NCBI GenBank assembly: GCA_002429115.1
Contig: DIYS01000015.1
Coordinates: forward strand, 1-32,000
Reading direction: 5' to 3'
From: Saccharicrinis sp. UBA6048
GTDB lineage: Bacteria > Bacteroidota > Bacteroidia > Bacteroidales > Marinilabiliaceae
DNA: 32,000 nt
In this document: piece after piece, positions 10,979 through 19,619 of the stretch
How the letters are laid out: the number at the start of each line of letters is the position of its first letter
Numbering within the stretch: position 1 is the stretch's first letter
Made by a program: the position numbers and the translations under genes
Notes under the pieces: generated by a model
Told to the model about the DNA's origin: nothing
What the model saw: only the letters and a program-made list of their open reading frames with translations
Database searches by the model: none

Positions 10979-12985
10979 CTAGAACAACATTAAAATATGT
11001 GCCGCACTCCAGCTAAAATGACTGGCATTAAGTCCTTCTTTGGTTAACGGATGATAGTTTTCACGGATTGGCTCCTGTGTGAATGCCAATCCTTGTGCAC
11101 TCTCAACCATCTTTTGAGCCATTTGTCGCGCTTCTGTTTCAAAGCCATAGTTATTCATACCAACAATACCAAAATACGCCTGATCGAGCCACACTGGTCC
11201 TCTCCAATAGCCTTTCTGTGGATTAAATTTCTCGTGCGCTGCACTTAGTGTTGGAAATGGCATTGGTGTATTAAATCGAGCTGGATCCATAATTACTTTC
11301 ACCACCTGGGCAGCCTGATCTGCATTGGCCACCTGATTATAAAGTGGTGCCCATCCTTCCGGCCCCTGAATGCGAATTTTGTCTTGACTTTTCAATTCGA
11401 CATCATAGAAGAAACCATCTTCCTCACAATACATCACATCCTGAATCTGTATGTTTAATAACTCTGCTTCAGCTGCATATTTCTCAGCCGTTTCTGCATC
11501 TCCCAGAATATTTGCAATTTCCTGTATGAATCTTTTTTCCTCAACCAAGTAGGCATTCAAATCAACCGACTCCTGGTTAAGCGAATAAGCGCCTTTGCTG
11601 TTTTCGATGATTTCTGCATCATCAAAGCGAACTGCATTATCCATACCACTTTCCCAAGCCGCAGCGATGCGCGTTCCATCGGTTGAACCGTATTCGCACA
11701 AGCCATTTTGATCATGATCACGATTAATGTACCACCATTCATGATACTTTAATAGTTTTGGATACAGCTCTTTTAAAAAATCGATATCCTGAGTTTCCTT
11801 GTAAACTTCGTAAATACACCATCCCGATAGGGGTGCTTTCGTATTGCGCCAGTTGACGCCTTCAATACTCAAATCACGGAAGAAACAATCGGCAATCATG
11901 CCTGATTCATTCTGATAATCGTACATGGCTCTGATCTGATCTTTAGCCAACTCTCCTTCGAATGGCGCAATGGCAACGGCATGTTTCCACGAGTCCCAGG
12001 CCCAAAGCCCCTGAAAGTATGTAGCTGAATAAGATGGAACAATACCCTGATGAAGAATATCACCAGCGGCACTTCTCCAGTTATGAACCAGCGTCAAAAG
12101 TGATTTAACAGCCAGCCTATCGTATTTTTTCACATCAAGAATTGCATCTACCGAACCCTTATTCAATCGATCTATATATCCGTTCCATCGCTTTTCATTC
12201 TCAACAAACAATTGTCCGGCATTTTGAATCAGCTGTTGTGCCTTTGCCAAATAAACCTGTGATTCTTCCTGATTAAAAGTATAAGAGAACGTAGCAGCCA
12301 TCTTATGCACTTCTGAATTGTTCAGCACCACTGCCGGCTCAAGTACCGAGTAACATGTATCAGATAATGTTATATCATTGCCTGCGAATTGCAGGTTTGC
12401 CTGCTCCTTATCATTGATATTGATCTGTAAGCCATTATCAACTGCGCGAATACCTTTTTGAACACCTTCATAGATATCACCTTTCCAGCCGAATTGAATC
12501 GTTCGTTTAGCTCCTGAATTTGTGATATCAGCTTTAATTATTGTGGTACGTTCATTGGCATTAAACAGGTAAAGATTAACATCCAAATCATACACTTTAA
12601 ACGACTGTTGCAATACACCCGGATAGAAGGTATTCTTTATATTCGTTGCACCAGACAAATCCAATAGCTTATCGTTGTCGACATCTTTTATCTGTAAACC
12701 GATAATTGAAGGACTCAACCAATAACTCTCCTGCTGACGCATTAAATACGGTCCGGCAAAACTGCCTAGTAGCGCTTTTTTATCATCTTTTTGCAAACTA
12801 AACGAATGCCAGGTGCCTAAATCTGAGAACGATGAAACGCCGTATTGGAATGGTGTTTCAATGGTACCTTTTACATCTAATACATCTGGATAGCTGTAGC
12901 GTGTTAGCTGTTCGGTTTGAACGGTTGACTTACACGAGAATAATGTTAAGACGATGAGAAATCCGGTGATCGATTTTTTAATCAT
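10979..12985 (-). CDS. GH63-like (alpha/alpha)6-barrel glycosidase (YgjK/MGH1/trehalase-like), lipoprotein
   Basis: Lipoprotein signal ...VLTLFSC. C-terminal half motifs include GLWAWDSWKHA, CEYGSTDG, ESGMDNAVRFD and GYWRGPVWLDQAYF, typical of GH63/GH37-type barrels. Assigned from memory of these families. Confidence 0.7.
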   Translation of the reverse strand: MIKKSITGFLIVLTLFSCKSTVQTEQLTRYSYPDVLDVKGTIETPFQYGVSSFSDLGTWHSFSLQKDDKKALLGSFAGPYLMRQQESYWLSPSIIGLQIKDVDNDKLLDLSGATNIKNTFYPGVLQQSFKVYDLDVNLYLFNANERTTIIKADITNSGAKRTIQFGWKGDIYEGVQKGIRAVDNGLQININDKEQANLQFAGNDITLSDTCYSVLEPAVVLNNSEVHKMAATFSYTFNQEESQVYLAKAQQLIQNAGQLFVENEKRWNGYIDRLNKGSVDAILDVKKYDRLAVKSLLTLVHNWRSAAGDILHQGIVPSYSATYFQGLWAWDSWKHAVAIAPFEGELAKDQIRAMYDYQNESGMIADCFFRDLSIEGVNWRNTKAPLSGWCIYEVYKETQDIDFLKELYPKLLKYHEWWYINRDHDQNGLCEYGSTDGTRIAAAWESGMDNAVRFDDAEIIENSKGAYSLNQESVDLNAYLVEEKRFIQEIANILGDAETAEKYAAEAELLNIQIQDVMYCEEDGFFYDVELKSQDKIRIQGPEGWAPLYNQVANADQAAQVVKVIMDPARFNTPMPFPTLSAAHEKFNPQKGYWRGPVWLDQAYFGIVGMNNYGFETEARQMAQKMVESAQGLAFTQEPIRENYHPLTKEGLNASHFSWSAAHILMLF

Positions 12986-13322
12986 AGTTGAACTGTTTGA
13001 ATATTTTTCAATTACGAAAATGCATAGCGATCAGGCAAAAACAAAAATTCTTACCTATACCCTGACTATACACGTTTAGCAAGTTCAATTAAACGCTGTT
13101 TATATGCAAGTTATGTAGAATTCGAAAGATTGTTATATGGCAAATTTAAAAGCTAATGTAGGGGTGTAACTCTACAAGATATTCGCATTTAAAGTAGAAA
13201 TGATGAAGTATTAATGGATCACCACGAAGTAACGAAGAATACTAAGAAACTTTGTAAACTTCTTTCTTTGTGAACTTTGAGTCTCTTGGTGGTAAAAATA
13301 AAAACGTTAACTCTACATCCAA

Positions 13323-14873
13323 TCAAAGTTTCATGATAAAATCTTTAATGGAATCACCTTTAGCAATATCTAGTTTCTTACGTAGACGGTAACGACTCAT
13401 CTCAATGGATTTAACCTCGATATGGTGCTTTTCAGCCATTTCTTTCGAAGTTAAGTTGTTTCTGATATCAATAATCAGCTGTATCTCTCTCTCGGTCAGC
13501 TTTGGGTATTTATCCTGTAGTCGATATCTGAAGTCCTTTACAAATTCTTCGGATAAAAGATTGCTCTTTGCTTCCTGGGTGAGCACATTTTCAAACTTTT
13601 TCCAGGCCTCTTTTACTTCTTTGGAGTTTGATTTGCTCACGCTTAAAGCCACTGACTTAAGCATTTCATTTCGCTTCGACATGGTTAAGGCCAAGGTATC
13701 AATGGCCTCGTCTCTATAGGCCAGCTTACTGGTTAATTCAGCCTGTTTCTGTTCCTTTTCTTCCAGTTCGTTATTGAGCAATCGCTGACGCTTTAACGCT
13801 TTGTTAATTCTCGCCCTGAATATCATAAAAAACACCACCAACAATATAACTGACAAAGCAATAATCAGGTAGGTTAGAATACGTCGGTTATGCTGTATCT
13901 CCTTGGCTTGTTTGAGTAATTGCTCATCCTGCGCAATCTTTTCGTTTTGCGCATCCAACAGGAAATTCATCACATTTTTAACTTCCTTATTATTGATCTT
14001 CTCATACAGCTCCATGTATTTGCTCTGGAAGCGAAAAGCTGCTTTTGAGTTACCCACCAACCATTCAAATTGATAGCGTACCTGATAGTATTCGATCAGG
14101 CTAAAGCTATAGTTGGTTTGATAACTGAGCTCTTCAGCTTTTTGCAGAGCCTCGGCACATTTATCCAGTTGCCGGGTTTTAAGATACACGTTTGATAATA
14201 TGGCATAGGATTCTAACAAGGCCGATGCATTGCCTGTACTATTGGCAATGGAAGCATTCAGGTATTCTTCTGCTTTGGCCCAGTTTTCCTGATGATAATA
14301 AACGTTGCCTATATTGGTTTCTAGCGTAGACCGAAGGCTTTTAAAACGTCCATTCTGATTATTCAAAAGAAACAATGCCTGACGAAAATACCCAAGTGCT
14401 TTATGGTACTGCCCGGCATTTAACACATCTAATCCTAGTGCATTGGTGTATCGAATTTCACTTCTCGTGTCTTTTCTCCGCTGCGCCGTTTTTAATGCTT
14501 CTTTATGAAATGGTTCAGCAAGCGTTTCATTACCCATATCAAAATAAACCCACCCAATAGTCGCCAGCAGATCCTGATACACAAGGTTCGTATCTGTTTC
14601 GGCAAACAGCTCTTTCCCTTTTAAACCATAAAACAGTGCCGTATGATACTCATGCTTGTATAAATAGGATTGAGCCAGGTTCCAATAGACCAATGCTTTT
14701 TCCCGGATGTCTTCCCCCTCAAGGTCGGTCAATACCTTTTGCGAAATAAGAATACTGCTGTCGGGTTTAGTTTCCTGCAGTTGTTCCGCCTTTTGCAGTT
14801 GCTGGTGTATAGTTTGTCCATTGAGCGGCAGTAACAAGCCTAAACCGATAATTATGGACAAATAAAGCTTCAT
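13323..14873 (-). CDS. TPR-repeat / transmembrane / LuxR-type HTH one-component regulator
   Basis: Signal or anchor MKLYLSIIIGLGLLLPLNG. About 300 aa of TPR-like repeats (YWNLAQSYLYKHEYHTALFY...), an internal TM helix ILTYLIIALSVILLVVFFMIF, a coiled coil, and the C-terminal LTEREIQLIIDIRNNLTSKEMAEKHHIEVKSIEMSRYRLRKKL. Confidence 0.75.
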   Translation of the reverse strand: MKLYLSIIIGLGLLLPLNGQTIHQQLQKAEQLQETKPDSSILISQKVLTDLEGEDIREKALVYWNLAQSYLYKHEYHTALFYGLKGKELFAETDTNLVYQDLLATIGWVYFDMGNETLAEPFHKEALKTAQRRKDTRSEIRYTNALGLDVLNAGQYHKALGYFRQALFLLNNQNGRFKSLRSTLETNIGNVYYHQENWAKAEEYLNASIANSTGNASALLESYAILSNVYLKTRQLDKCAEALQKAEELSYQTNYSFSLIEYYQVRYQFEWLVGNSKAAFRFQSKYMELYEKINNKEVKNVMNFLLDAQNEKIAQDEQLLKQAKEIQHNRRILTYLIIALSVILLVVFFMIFRARINKALKRQRLLNNELEEKEQKQAELTSKLAYRDEAIDTLALTMSKRNEMLKSVALSVSKSNSKEVKEAWKKFENVLTQEAKSNLLSEEFVKDFRYRLQDKYPKLTEREIQLIIDIRNNLTSKEMAEKHHIEVKSIEMSRYRLRKKLDIAKGDSIKDFIMKL

Positions 14874-14928
14874 AGATGTGGTGAATTTTGTTGATGCAAT
14901 TTAATGATTATAATTATTCAAAAAATGG

Positions 14929-14975
14929 AAGGATCACATCTTTATTTACATATCGCGAATAAAGATACGATCCTT
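14929..14975. repeat. Hairpin element, copy 2 (AAGGATCACATCTTTATT / 11-nt loop / AATAAAGATACGATCCTT)
   Basis: The right arm plus the following T (19 nt) is identical to copy 1. The left arm differs at 2 internal positions (AC vs GT), which gives a 2-nt internal mismatch. It lies between the nqrF terminator and the TPR-LuxR start. Confidence 0.8.
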
Positions 14976-15000
14976 TTTGCGGTCTGATTTATACTCCATA

Positions 15001-15026
15001 AAAAAAGCCCCAAACTGGGGCTTTTT
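15001..15026 (-). terminator. Rho-independent terminator of the nqr operon
   Basis: AGCCCC (15006-15011) pairs with GGGGCT (15017-15022) across a 5-nt loop, flanked by an A-run and a T-run. On the minus strand the stem is followed by a U-tract, 10 nt after the nqrF stop. Confidence 0.85.
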
Positions 15027-15035
15027 AAGTATTAT

Positions 15036-16298
15036 TTATGATCCGAAATCATCGAAGTCAACCATCTCATCCGGTACTCCAAGATCGTACAGCATTTTTG
15101 TTACTGCGTCGTTCATCATCGGAGGTCCACATAAGTAGTATTCCACATCTTCCGGCTCTTCATGCTTACTTAAGTACTCGTCATGAATCACCTGGTGGAT
15201 AAAGCCTGTTGCACCATCCCAGTTATCTTCCGGTAATGGCTCAGACAGGGCAATGGTGAATTTAAAGTTCGGGAACTCTTTCTCGATCGCGCGGAAGTGA
15301 TCTTCGTAGAAAATCTCTTTACGCGAACGTGCTCCGTACCAGAAAGTGGCCTTACGACCTGTTTTCAGGGTGTGGAACAGGTGGAAAATGTGCGAACGCA
15401 TTGGCGCCATACCAGCACCACCACCAATAAACATCATCTCACGATCGGTTTCCTTAATAAAGAACTCACCGTAAGGACCAGAAACAGTTACCTTATCGCC
15501 CGGCTTACGTGAGAAGATAAATGAAGAACAAATACCAGGATTCACCTTCTGGAATCCGCCCGCTACACGATCCCATGGAGGCGTAGCAATACGGATGTTC
15601 AACATCACAATGTTACCTTCTGCAGGGTGGTTAGCCATTGAGTAGGCACGGTATGTTGGCTCCGGATTCTTCATCTTAAGATCGAACATGCCGAATTTCT
15701 CCCATTCGCCACGGTATTCATCTTCGATGTCCATATCCTTGAAGTCCACATCAATTTTAGGCACGTCAATCTGGATGTAACCACCCGATTTAAAGTCTAA
15801 GATTTCACCTTCTGGCAACTTCACCACAAATTCCTTAATAAAGGTTGCCTGTCCATCGTTAGATACCACTTCACACTCCCATTTCTTGATACCCATAATT
15901 TCCTGAGGTATCTGCATAGCCATGTCTTCTTTCACCTTTACCTGACAAGCTAAACGCCAGTTGTTGGCTTGCTCCTTACGGGTAAAGTAGCCTGTTTCGG
16001 TAGGTAAAATTGAACCTGCACCACTATCAACCTGACAGCGACACATGGCACATGTACCACCTCCACCACAAGCTGAAGGAAGGAAGATTTTATTATCACC
16101 CAAAGCCGAAAGCAAGGTCTGACCCGGGTCTACCACCAATTCTTTTTCGCCATCGTTAATATTGATGGTTACTTCGCCCGATGGCATCAGTTTTTTCTTA
16201 GCGTACAATAGAATCGACACCAGGGCAAGGATCACCACAAGGAAAATCGCTATACTGGTAAGAATGACCATCGTACTATTTACTGCTAATACTATCAT
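15036..16298 (-). CDS. nqrF: Na+-translocating NADH:quinone oxidoreductase subunit F
   Basis: N-terminal TM anchor, 2Fe-2S ferredoxin motif SACGGGGTCAMCRC, FAD motif RAYSMAN and NAD-binding GGGAGMAPM. The alternative ATG at 16271 (MVILTS...) matches the Vibrio NqrF N-terminal length better. Confidence 0.95.
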   Translation of the reverse strand: MIVLAVNSTMVILTSIAIFLVVILALVSILLYAKKKLMPSGEVTININDGEKELVVDPGQTLLSALGDNKIFLPSACGGGGTCAMCRCQVDSGAGSILPTETGYFTRKEQANNWRLACQVKVKEDMAMQIPQEIMGIKKWECEVVSNDGQATFIKEFVVKLPEGEILDFKSGGYIQIDVPKIDVDFKDMDIEDEYRGEWEKFGMFDLKMKNPEPTYRAYSMANHPAEGNIVMLNIRIATPPWDRVAGGFQKVNPGICSSFIFSRKPGDKVTVSGPYGEFFIKETDREMMFIGGGAGMAPMRSHIFHLFHTLKTGRKATFWYGARSRKEIFYEDHFRAIEKEFPNFKFTIALSEPLPEDNWDGATGFIHQVIHDEYLSKHEEPEDVEYYLCGPPMMNDAVTKMLYDLGVPDEMVDFDDFGS

Positions 16299-16317
16299 TT
16301 CTAATACGTTTTACTTT

Positions 16318-16953
16318 TTACAACTGAATACCCATGAAACTCATAAATGCCACACCCATCAAGCCAGTTACAATAAACGTAATACCTAAGCCACGCAATG
16401 GCGCTGGTATGTCAGAATATTGAATTTTCTCGCGGATGGCCGCAATACCAACAATTGCCAGTAACCAACCAATACCCGAACCAAATCCGAATACAGTTGC
16501 TTCACCAAGGTTAGCATATTCGCGCTCTTGCATAAACAACGAACCACCTAGGATGGCACAGTTTACAGCAATCAGCGGTAAGAAGATACCCAGTTGAGTA
16601 TAAAGTGTAGGTGCAAATTTTTCAACCACCATTTCCACCAACTGCACCATAGATGCAATTACGGCGATAAACATGATAAAGCTTAAGAAGCTTAAATCAA
16701 AGTTTGCAAAAAGAGGTTCCTGAACACCTAATAAGTTGTCTAACCATACCAAGGCACCTTCGCTTAACACATAATCATTAAGCAAGTAGTTCACCGGCAC
16801 GGTGATACTTAGTACAAAAGTCACAGCCAATCCAAGACCAAAAGAGGTATTCACGGTTTTTGATACTGCCAGGTACGAACACATACCAAAGAAGTAGGCA
16901 AATACCATGTTATCAATAAAGATTGACCGGATAAATATATTTATATAATCCAT
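16318..16953 (-). CDS. nqrE: Na+-translocating NADH:quinone oxidoreductase subunit E
   Basis: [31 protein letters not shown] and AVNCAILGG carry the conserved Fe-ligand cysteines. Polytopic membrane protein, 211 aa. Confidence 0.95.
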   Translation of the reverse strand: MDYINIFIRSIFIDNMVFAYFFGMCSYLAVSKTVNTSFGLGLAVTFVLSITVPVNYLLNDYVLSEGALVWLDNLLGVQEPLFANFDLSFLSFIMFIAVIASMVQLVEMVVEKFAPTLYTQLGIFLPLIAVNCAILGGSLFMQEREYANLGEATVFGFGSGIGWLLAIVGIAAIREKIQYSDIPAPLRGLGITFIVTGLMGVAFMSFMGIQL

Positions 16954-16971
16954 TTTTCTGCTTTTTTACAA

Positions 16972-17631
16972 TTACGACTCTATCAAATCTTTATCTCTTG
17001 AACGCTGTACCCAGATGATAATACCCACTACAATCAAAGCCATTGGAGGTAGAATCATGAAACCGTTGTTAGCATATCCCCATTGATAGAAGATATCCGG
17101 TACAATTTGAATGGCTCCGATACCTGGTAAAGTAAGGAATCCGGTTCCTAATAGCTCGCGGAAGAAAGCTACCACGATCAGGATAAAACCGTATCCGGCA
17201 CCGTTACCAATACCATCAAGTACTGCAGGCCATGGTTTGTTACCCAAAGCAAAGGCTTCCAGTCGTCCCATGATGATACAGTTGGTAATAATCAGCCCAA
17301 CAAATACCGAGAGCTGCAAACTTACCTCATAGGCAAAGGCTTTCAGCACCTGGTCAACAATAATTACCAATGATGCCACCACTACCAACTGCACGATAAT
17401 ACGAATACGCGAAGGAATGGTGTTGCGCAACAATGATATAATCAGGTTAGAGAATACTGTTACAAACATAACAGAGATTGACAATACGATTGCCGGCTCT
17501 AATTTTACTGTTACCGCTAATGCAGAACAGATACCCAATACCTGAATCGTAATCGGGTTTTGTGCTCCCAGAGGAGTTGTAATCAGCTTCAGGTTCTTGG
17601 CTGAGAACAATGGTTCTTTTTCACTACTCAT
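16972..17631 (-). CDS. nqrD: Na+-translocating NADH:quinone oxidoreductase subunit D
   Basis: NPITIQVLGICSALAVT and ITNCIIMGRLEAFA carry the conserved cysteines. The track ORF starts at the GTG at 17637; the ATG at 17631 (MSSEKE...) parallels the Vibrio NqrD start. Confidence 0.93.
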   Translation of the reverse strand: MSSEKEPLFSAKNLKLITTPLGAQNPITIQVLGICSALAVTVKLEPAIVLSISVMFVTVFSNLIISLLRNTIPSRIRIIVQLVVVASLVIIVDQVLKAFAYEVSLQLSVFVGLIITNCIIMGRLEAFALGNKPWPAVLDGIGNGAGYGFILIVVAFFRELLGTGFLTLPGIGAIQIVPDIFYQWGYANNGFMILPPMALIVVGIIIWVQRSRDKDLIES

Positions 17632-17643
17632 CGTCACAATATT

Positions 17644-18342
17644 TTAGTTCTTTAAAAACTTTTCATAACCACTCAGGCAGTCTTGCAACATGGTACCTAC
17701 ACCAACACTGGTAATAGTACCACCAGAGATACCATCCACTTTGTGAAGGTCGCCCTGCGACTGTCCTTTTTTCACCACTTCGATAGAAGCAAAAGTGCCG
17801 TTCTCGTCAAACAACTTTTTGCCTTTGAAAGGGTCACGGAACATTGGAGTTGTAATTTCTGCTCCCAGTCCAGGTGTTTCACCTTTGTGACCGAAAGTAG
17901 CACCGAAAACAGTGTTCTTGTCTTCATCTAAGGATACATACCCCCAGATAGGGCCCCAAAGACCTTTACCTCTTACCGGAATCACATATTTAGTGTCTCC
18001 GTTATCAAGTTTACATTCATAAATCGGGTAAGCACGCTCAGTACCGGTTTTCTTAACCTCTTTGGCCATGTCAACTGTAAAGGCATCTAAACCACTTTGC
18101 TTCTCGCCATTGTTATTAACAACGTAAGCATTCGCCCCGATGTATTTCTCGTATTTTGCTTCAGCATCAGCTGCTGTACTCTCAATCTGTACCGATTTCA
18201 GGATGTCCATCTTTTTGGCCACAGCCGCATTTTTATCCTGCATTGGTTTTAACGATTGTGCTAAGAACGCCAAAATGGCCGCTACCACAATCACCATAAC
18301 AGATGCGTACAGAAAAGTATAAGTATTTCCTTGTCTATCCAT
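17644..18342 (-). CDS. nqrC: Na+-translocating NADH:quinone oxidoreductase subunit C
   Basis: Single N-terminal TM helix, covalent-FMN site VDGISGGTITS, and GKGLWGPIWGYVSL. Confidence 0.95.
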   Translation of the reverse strand: MDRQGNTYTFLYASVMVIVVAAILAFLAQSLKPMQDKNAAVAKKMDILKSVQIESTAADAEAKYEKYIGANAYVVNNNGEKQSGLDAFTVDMAKEVKKTGTERAYPIYECKLDNGDTKYVIPVRGKGLWGPIWGYVSLDEDKNTVFGATFGHKGETPGLGAEITTPMFRDPFKGKKLFDENGTFASIEVVKKGQSQGDLHKVDGISGGTITSVGVGTMLQDCLSGYEKFLKN

Positions 18343-18354
18343 TTTACTAATTAT

Positions 18355-19530
18355 TTAGGCAGCTACTTTAGCTCGTTTTAAACGACGTTTGATATTTCCT
18401 TGTACCACATAGTGGTCGATAAGTGGCGCGAATGTGTTCATCAATAAGATGGCCAACATTACTCCTTCCGGATAAGCCGGGTTGAATACACGTACCATAA
18501 CGGCTAAGAATCCAATCAGGAATCCGTAAATCCACTTTCCTTTTTCAGTTCGGGTTGCCGATACTGGGTCAGTTGCCATAAATACAGCACCGAAAGCAAA
18601 TCCACCTAATAATAAGTGATGAAGTGCATCTACCTGCATTAACTCATTGGCTCCCCACAGGTTGAATAACAAGCCCATTACGTAACCACCTGCAAAAACT
18701 GAAGCCATAATCTTCCAGCTTCCAATACCAGTATAAATAAGGATAATTGCTCCGATTAAAATGGCTAGTGTTGATGTTTCACCGATAGAACCAGGAATCA
18801 TACCTACAAAACTATGCCAGATATCAAAAGCTCCACCTTCAGCAAACTTGGTCATGTTACCGCTGGCAGCATCACCAAGGGCAGTTGCTCCTGAGAAACC
18901 ATCAACAATACCTTCGCCTTTATCTAAACAAGAGATCCAAACTTTATCACCCGACATTTTTGACGGATATGCAAAGAATAAAAAGGCACGTGCTACTAAA
19001 GCCGGGTTCCAGATATTCATACCTGTACCACCAAATACCTCTTTACCGATGACTACTGCAAAAATTGTTGCTACAGCCACCATCCATAGTGGAATATCAA
19101 CCGGTAACACCAATGGAATTAGCATACCCGATACAAGGAAACCTTCCTGCACTTCGTGGCCACGCATTTGAGCAAACATAAACTCAACACCCAAACCAAC
19201 ACCGTATGATACAATGACGATAGGCAATACTTTTAAGGCACCATGTCCAATCATTTCCCAGAATGTGGCATCCTGCCCCAAAGCAAGGAAATGCTGGTAG
19301 CCTGTATTCCAAATACCAAATAGCAATGCCGGAATTAAAGCCTTCACAACAATTGCCATGGTACGCTTCAAATCGACTGCGTCACGCACATGAACCCCGT
19401 TTTTGTTCGTAGTATTCGGAACAAAGAATAAGGTTTCAAGCGCATCGTAGGTCGAATGAAGTTTCTCAAACTTCGCGCCCTTCTGAACGTGAGGTTTGAT
19501 GTTATCAAATAAATTTCTTAACGCTTTCAA
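18355..19530 (-). CDS. nqrB: Na+-translocating NADH:quinone oxidoreductase subunit B
   Basis: The sequence aligns from its N-terminus with NqrB (KALRNLFDNIKPHVQKGAKFEKLHSTYDALETLFF). Covalent-FMN site DGFSGATALG. The start codon is TTG (19530-19528, read directly). Confidence 0.93.
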   Translation of the reverse strand: MKALRNLFDNIKPHVQKGAKFEKLHSTYDALETLFFVPNTTNKNGVHVRDAVDLKRTMAIVVKALIPALLFGIWNTGYQHFLALGQDATFWEMIGHGALKVLPIVIVSYGVGLGVEFMFAQMRGHEVQEGFLVSGMLIPLVLPVDIPLWMVAVATIFAVVIGKEVFGGTGMNIWNPALVARAFLFFAYPSKMSGDKVWISCLDKGEGIVDGFSGATALGDAASGNMTKFAEGGAFDIWHSFVGMIPGSIGETSTLAILIGAIILIYTGIGSWKIMASVFAGGYVMGLLFNLWGANELMQVDALHHLLLGGFAFGAVFMATDPVSATRTEKGKWIYGFLIGFLAVMVRVFNPAYPEGVMLAILLMNTFAPLIDHYVVQGNIKRRLKRAKVAA

Positions 19531-19554
19531 TGTAAATTAGTTTAATAGTTTTCA

Positions 19555-19610
19555 GGCAGAAGGCAGAAGGCAGAAGGCTATTCTCATCGGTCTTCCGTCA
19601 TCTGTCTTCT
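19555..19610. repeat. (GGCAGAA)x3 tandem repeat forming an imperfect 21-bp hairpin in the nqrA-nqrB intercistronic gap
   Basis: GGCAGAA occurs at 19555, 19562 and 19569. Arm AGAAGGCAGAAGGCAGAAGGC (19558-19578) pairs with GTCTTCCGTCATCTGTCTTCT (19590-19610): 16 Watson-Crick pairs plus 3 G-T on the plus strand. Those 3 positions are A-C mismatches on the minus (mRNA) strand. Confidence 0.8.
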
Positions 19611-19619
19611 AACTTATTA

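Noticed and set aside
13167-13317. MITE with a 10-bp target-site duplication (TAACTCTACA)
   Set aside because: The sequences immediately inside the direct repeats are not terminal inverted repeats of each other. No second copy of the element is visible in the window.
13405-13719. 104-aa plus-strand ORF
   Set aside because: It lies entirely antisense within the TPR-LuxR gene, is Ser/Leu/Phe-rich, and has no motif support.
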